64,000 bases of DNA from the NCBI GenBank assembly GCA_964405385.1, contig CAYONS010000002.1, forward strand, positions 5,019 through 69,018. The letters run 5' to 3'. This document shows, piece after piece, positions 62,995 to 64,000 of the stretch (the first letter of the stretch is position 1; each line of letters starts with the position of its first letter). Origin of the DNA: an uncultured Syntrophothermus sp. GTDB taxonomy: Bacteria > Bacillota > Syntrophomonadia > Syntrophomonadales > Syntrophothermaceae. Position numbers and translations under genes: made by a program. Below the pieces are notes generated by a model. That model was not told the origin of the DNA, did no database searches, and saw only the letters and a program-made list of their open reading frames with translations.

Positions 62995-64000
62995 ATGGGG
63001 TCTAGTCAGATATTTAGTCCTATAATAACAAAACTAGAAAGTACCGACAAAAGAGATCTTAATAGTAAAACTAAAGCTTTGATCAAAACAATTCGGGAAT
63101 ACAAGATAGACATTCTTAACCACAAGAGTCCTGATTCGACCACAGATTTGGTCCGCGCCGAACTCCTTGAATCCTGGATGAGATCCAAAAATTACGGCCT
63201 TGCTCTCTATAATTTTGGTTTTGCCCCAATCCTGGATGACGCTGGCTTGCGTCAGCTTCTTGAGAAGAAAGAATTGCTTTTGGTCGCTGCCGACCCATAT
63301 ATTAAAGAATTAGAAAACATGATGTACAACAACCCCAGTATGATACTCCTTTCCGACGAAAACGGGGTTATGCTCCGAGTAGCAACAGGGGAGCACAAGT
63401 TTTTCAAGAAGGCTACACAGGAGTTCGAGTTAGTTCCTGGAGTCAGATGGTCAGAAGATACCGTAGGAACCTGCGCCCACGTGATGACCCTCATCAAAGG
63501 AGTCCCCTACCAGCTGGCCAGTTCAGAACACTACTGCGAAAGCTACGAACGGTTCTCCTGCTCTTCCGCCCCTATTTTCGATTTGAACGGTAACATTGCA
63601 GCTACTCTTTCCATTGTCAGTCCCCACGTCCACCATCAAAACTCGCATTCTTTGGGCCTGGTGACCTCCATGGCCTGGGCTATCCAGAACCGGTTCCAAT
63701 TGATATTACGCGGGTACTTAGCAGAAACAGATTCCCTATCCGATGCCGACATCGTCTTAGTTGTCAACAAACGCGGTTTCATAACTGCTGCGAACAATAC
63801 TGCCAGACGGCATTTTAGCGGTGTGTCCAGCGTCACCGGGGTACCCGTTGAGTCTCTTCTCGGCCGTTTGTCTTTCATGAATGATGTATTAGCAGGAAAT
63901 TCCATGCAGGACGTGACAATCGAAACCGAAACCCTGAAGCTGGAGTTGAAATCTGCCCGACCCGTCATCGACGACCGGGGCAATATATACGGTCTGGTCT
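62995..64000 (+). CDS. AcoR-like transcriptional activator, N-terminal sensor part only (GAF-like domain + start of PAS); probably a sigma-54 enhancer-binding protein; runs off the right edge
   Basis: Manual translation is open for 335 codons to the window end. ELLESWMRSKNYG ... GTCAHVMTLIKGVPYQLASSEHYCESYERFSCSSAPIFDLNGNIAATLSIVS resembles the AcoR-type N-terminus. The AAA+ domain is not in the window. Confidence 0.65.
   Translation, partial: MGSSQIFSPIITKLESTDKRDLNSKTKALIKTIREYKIDILNHKSPDSTTDLVRAELLESWMRSKNYGLALYNFGFAPILDDAGLRQLLEKKELLLVAADPYIKELENMMYNNPSMILLSDENGVMLRVATGEHKFFKKATQEFELVPGVRWSEDTVGTCAHVMTLIKGVPYQLASSEHYCESYERFSCSSAPIFDLNGNIAATLSIVSPHVHHQNSHSLGLVTSMAWAIQNRFQLILRGYLAETDSLSDADIVLVVNKRGFITAANNTARRHFSGVSSVTGVPVESLLGRLSFMNDVLAGNSMQDVTIETETLKLELKSARPVIDDRGNIYGLV

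Noticed and set aside
63006-63983. Four minus-strand ORFs (60-115 aa) in the last kilobase.
   Set aside because: The plus strand is open for 335 codons with clear AcoR-like sensor-domain similarity. The minus-strand ORFs are its antisense shadows.

Overview
This is a 64-kb chromosomal window from a spore-forming anaerobic Clostridia-type Firmicute. That assignment is an inference from gene content: spoIIE, spoIIR, spoVT, spoVB/yabM-like, yabP/yabQ and fin, plus an [FeFe]-hydrogenase, a selenocysteine formate dehydrogenase and fhs. I support about 62 CDS, and nearly all of those in the first 47 kb are on the minus strand.

Gene order, left to right:
- Housekeeping block: nadC(partial)-nadB-nadA, panD-panC-panB plus a DUF2520 reductase, a folB-folK fusion, folP, an HD protein, fhs, ndk, ftsH, tilS, spoIIE.
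- A ~13.5-kb energy-metabolism block: hydC-hydB-hydA [FeFe]-hydrogenase; the fdhC/focA formate channel; a NuoE-like/NuoF-like/FdhA(Sec) formate dehydrogenase; and a TM1266-type regulator with hydE and hydG.
- The conserved yab/spo housekeeping run: ppx-like, yabR, divIC, small HTH, yabQ, yabP, yabO, hup, mazG, spoVB-like, spoVT, mfd, fin, pth, prs, glmU, NTP-transferase, gntR, ispE, spoIIR.
- An accessory right arm: an OmpR-type regulator and histidine kinase, a PepSY membrane protein, a decaying TolC-MacA-MacB efflux cluster, and a tightly packed nine-gene minus-strand operon. A partial AcoR-like activator gene lies divergently beside that operon.

The nine-gene operon encodes a lipoprotein FAD reductase, a NusG_II protein, EcfT, two EcfA ATPases, a Gx-type S-component, a membrane multihaem cytochrome c, ResB and CcsA. 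I saw no rRNA, tRNA, CRISPR, transposase or phage genes.

Most interesting observations:
1. The reductase/cytochrome/orphan-ECF operon is a candidate extracytoplasmic respiratory module for an unknown substrate.
2. A dispersed family of foldback repeats built from phased 10-bp CAGATTAAC-type units occurs at several loci. A related long palindrome has one copy translated in frame as the FolB-FolK linker.
3. A 7-bp tandem repeat spans the hydE stop and the hydE-hydG spacer.
4. Three coding oddities: an in-frame TAA in fdhC, Cys-to-Ser in the HydA L1 H-cluster motif, and Sec recoding in fdhA.
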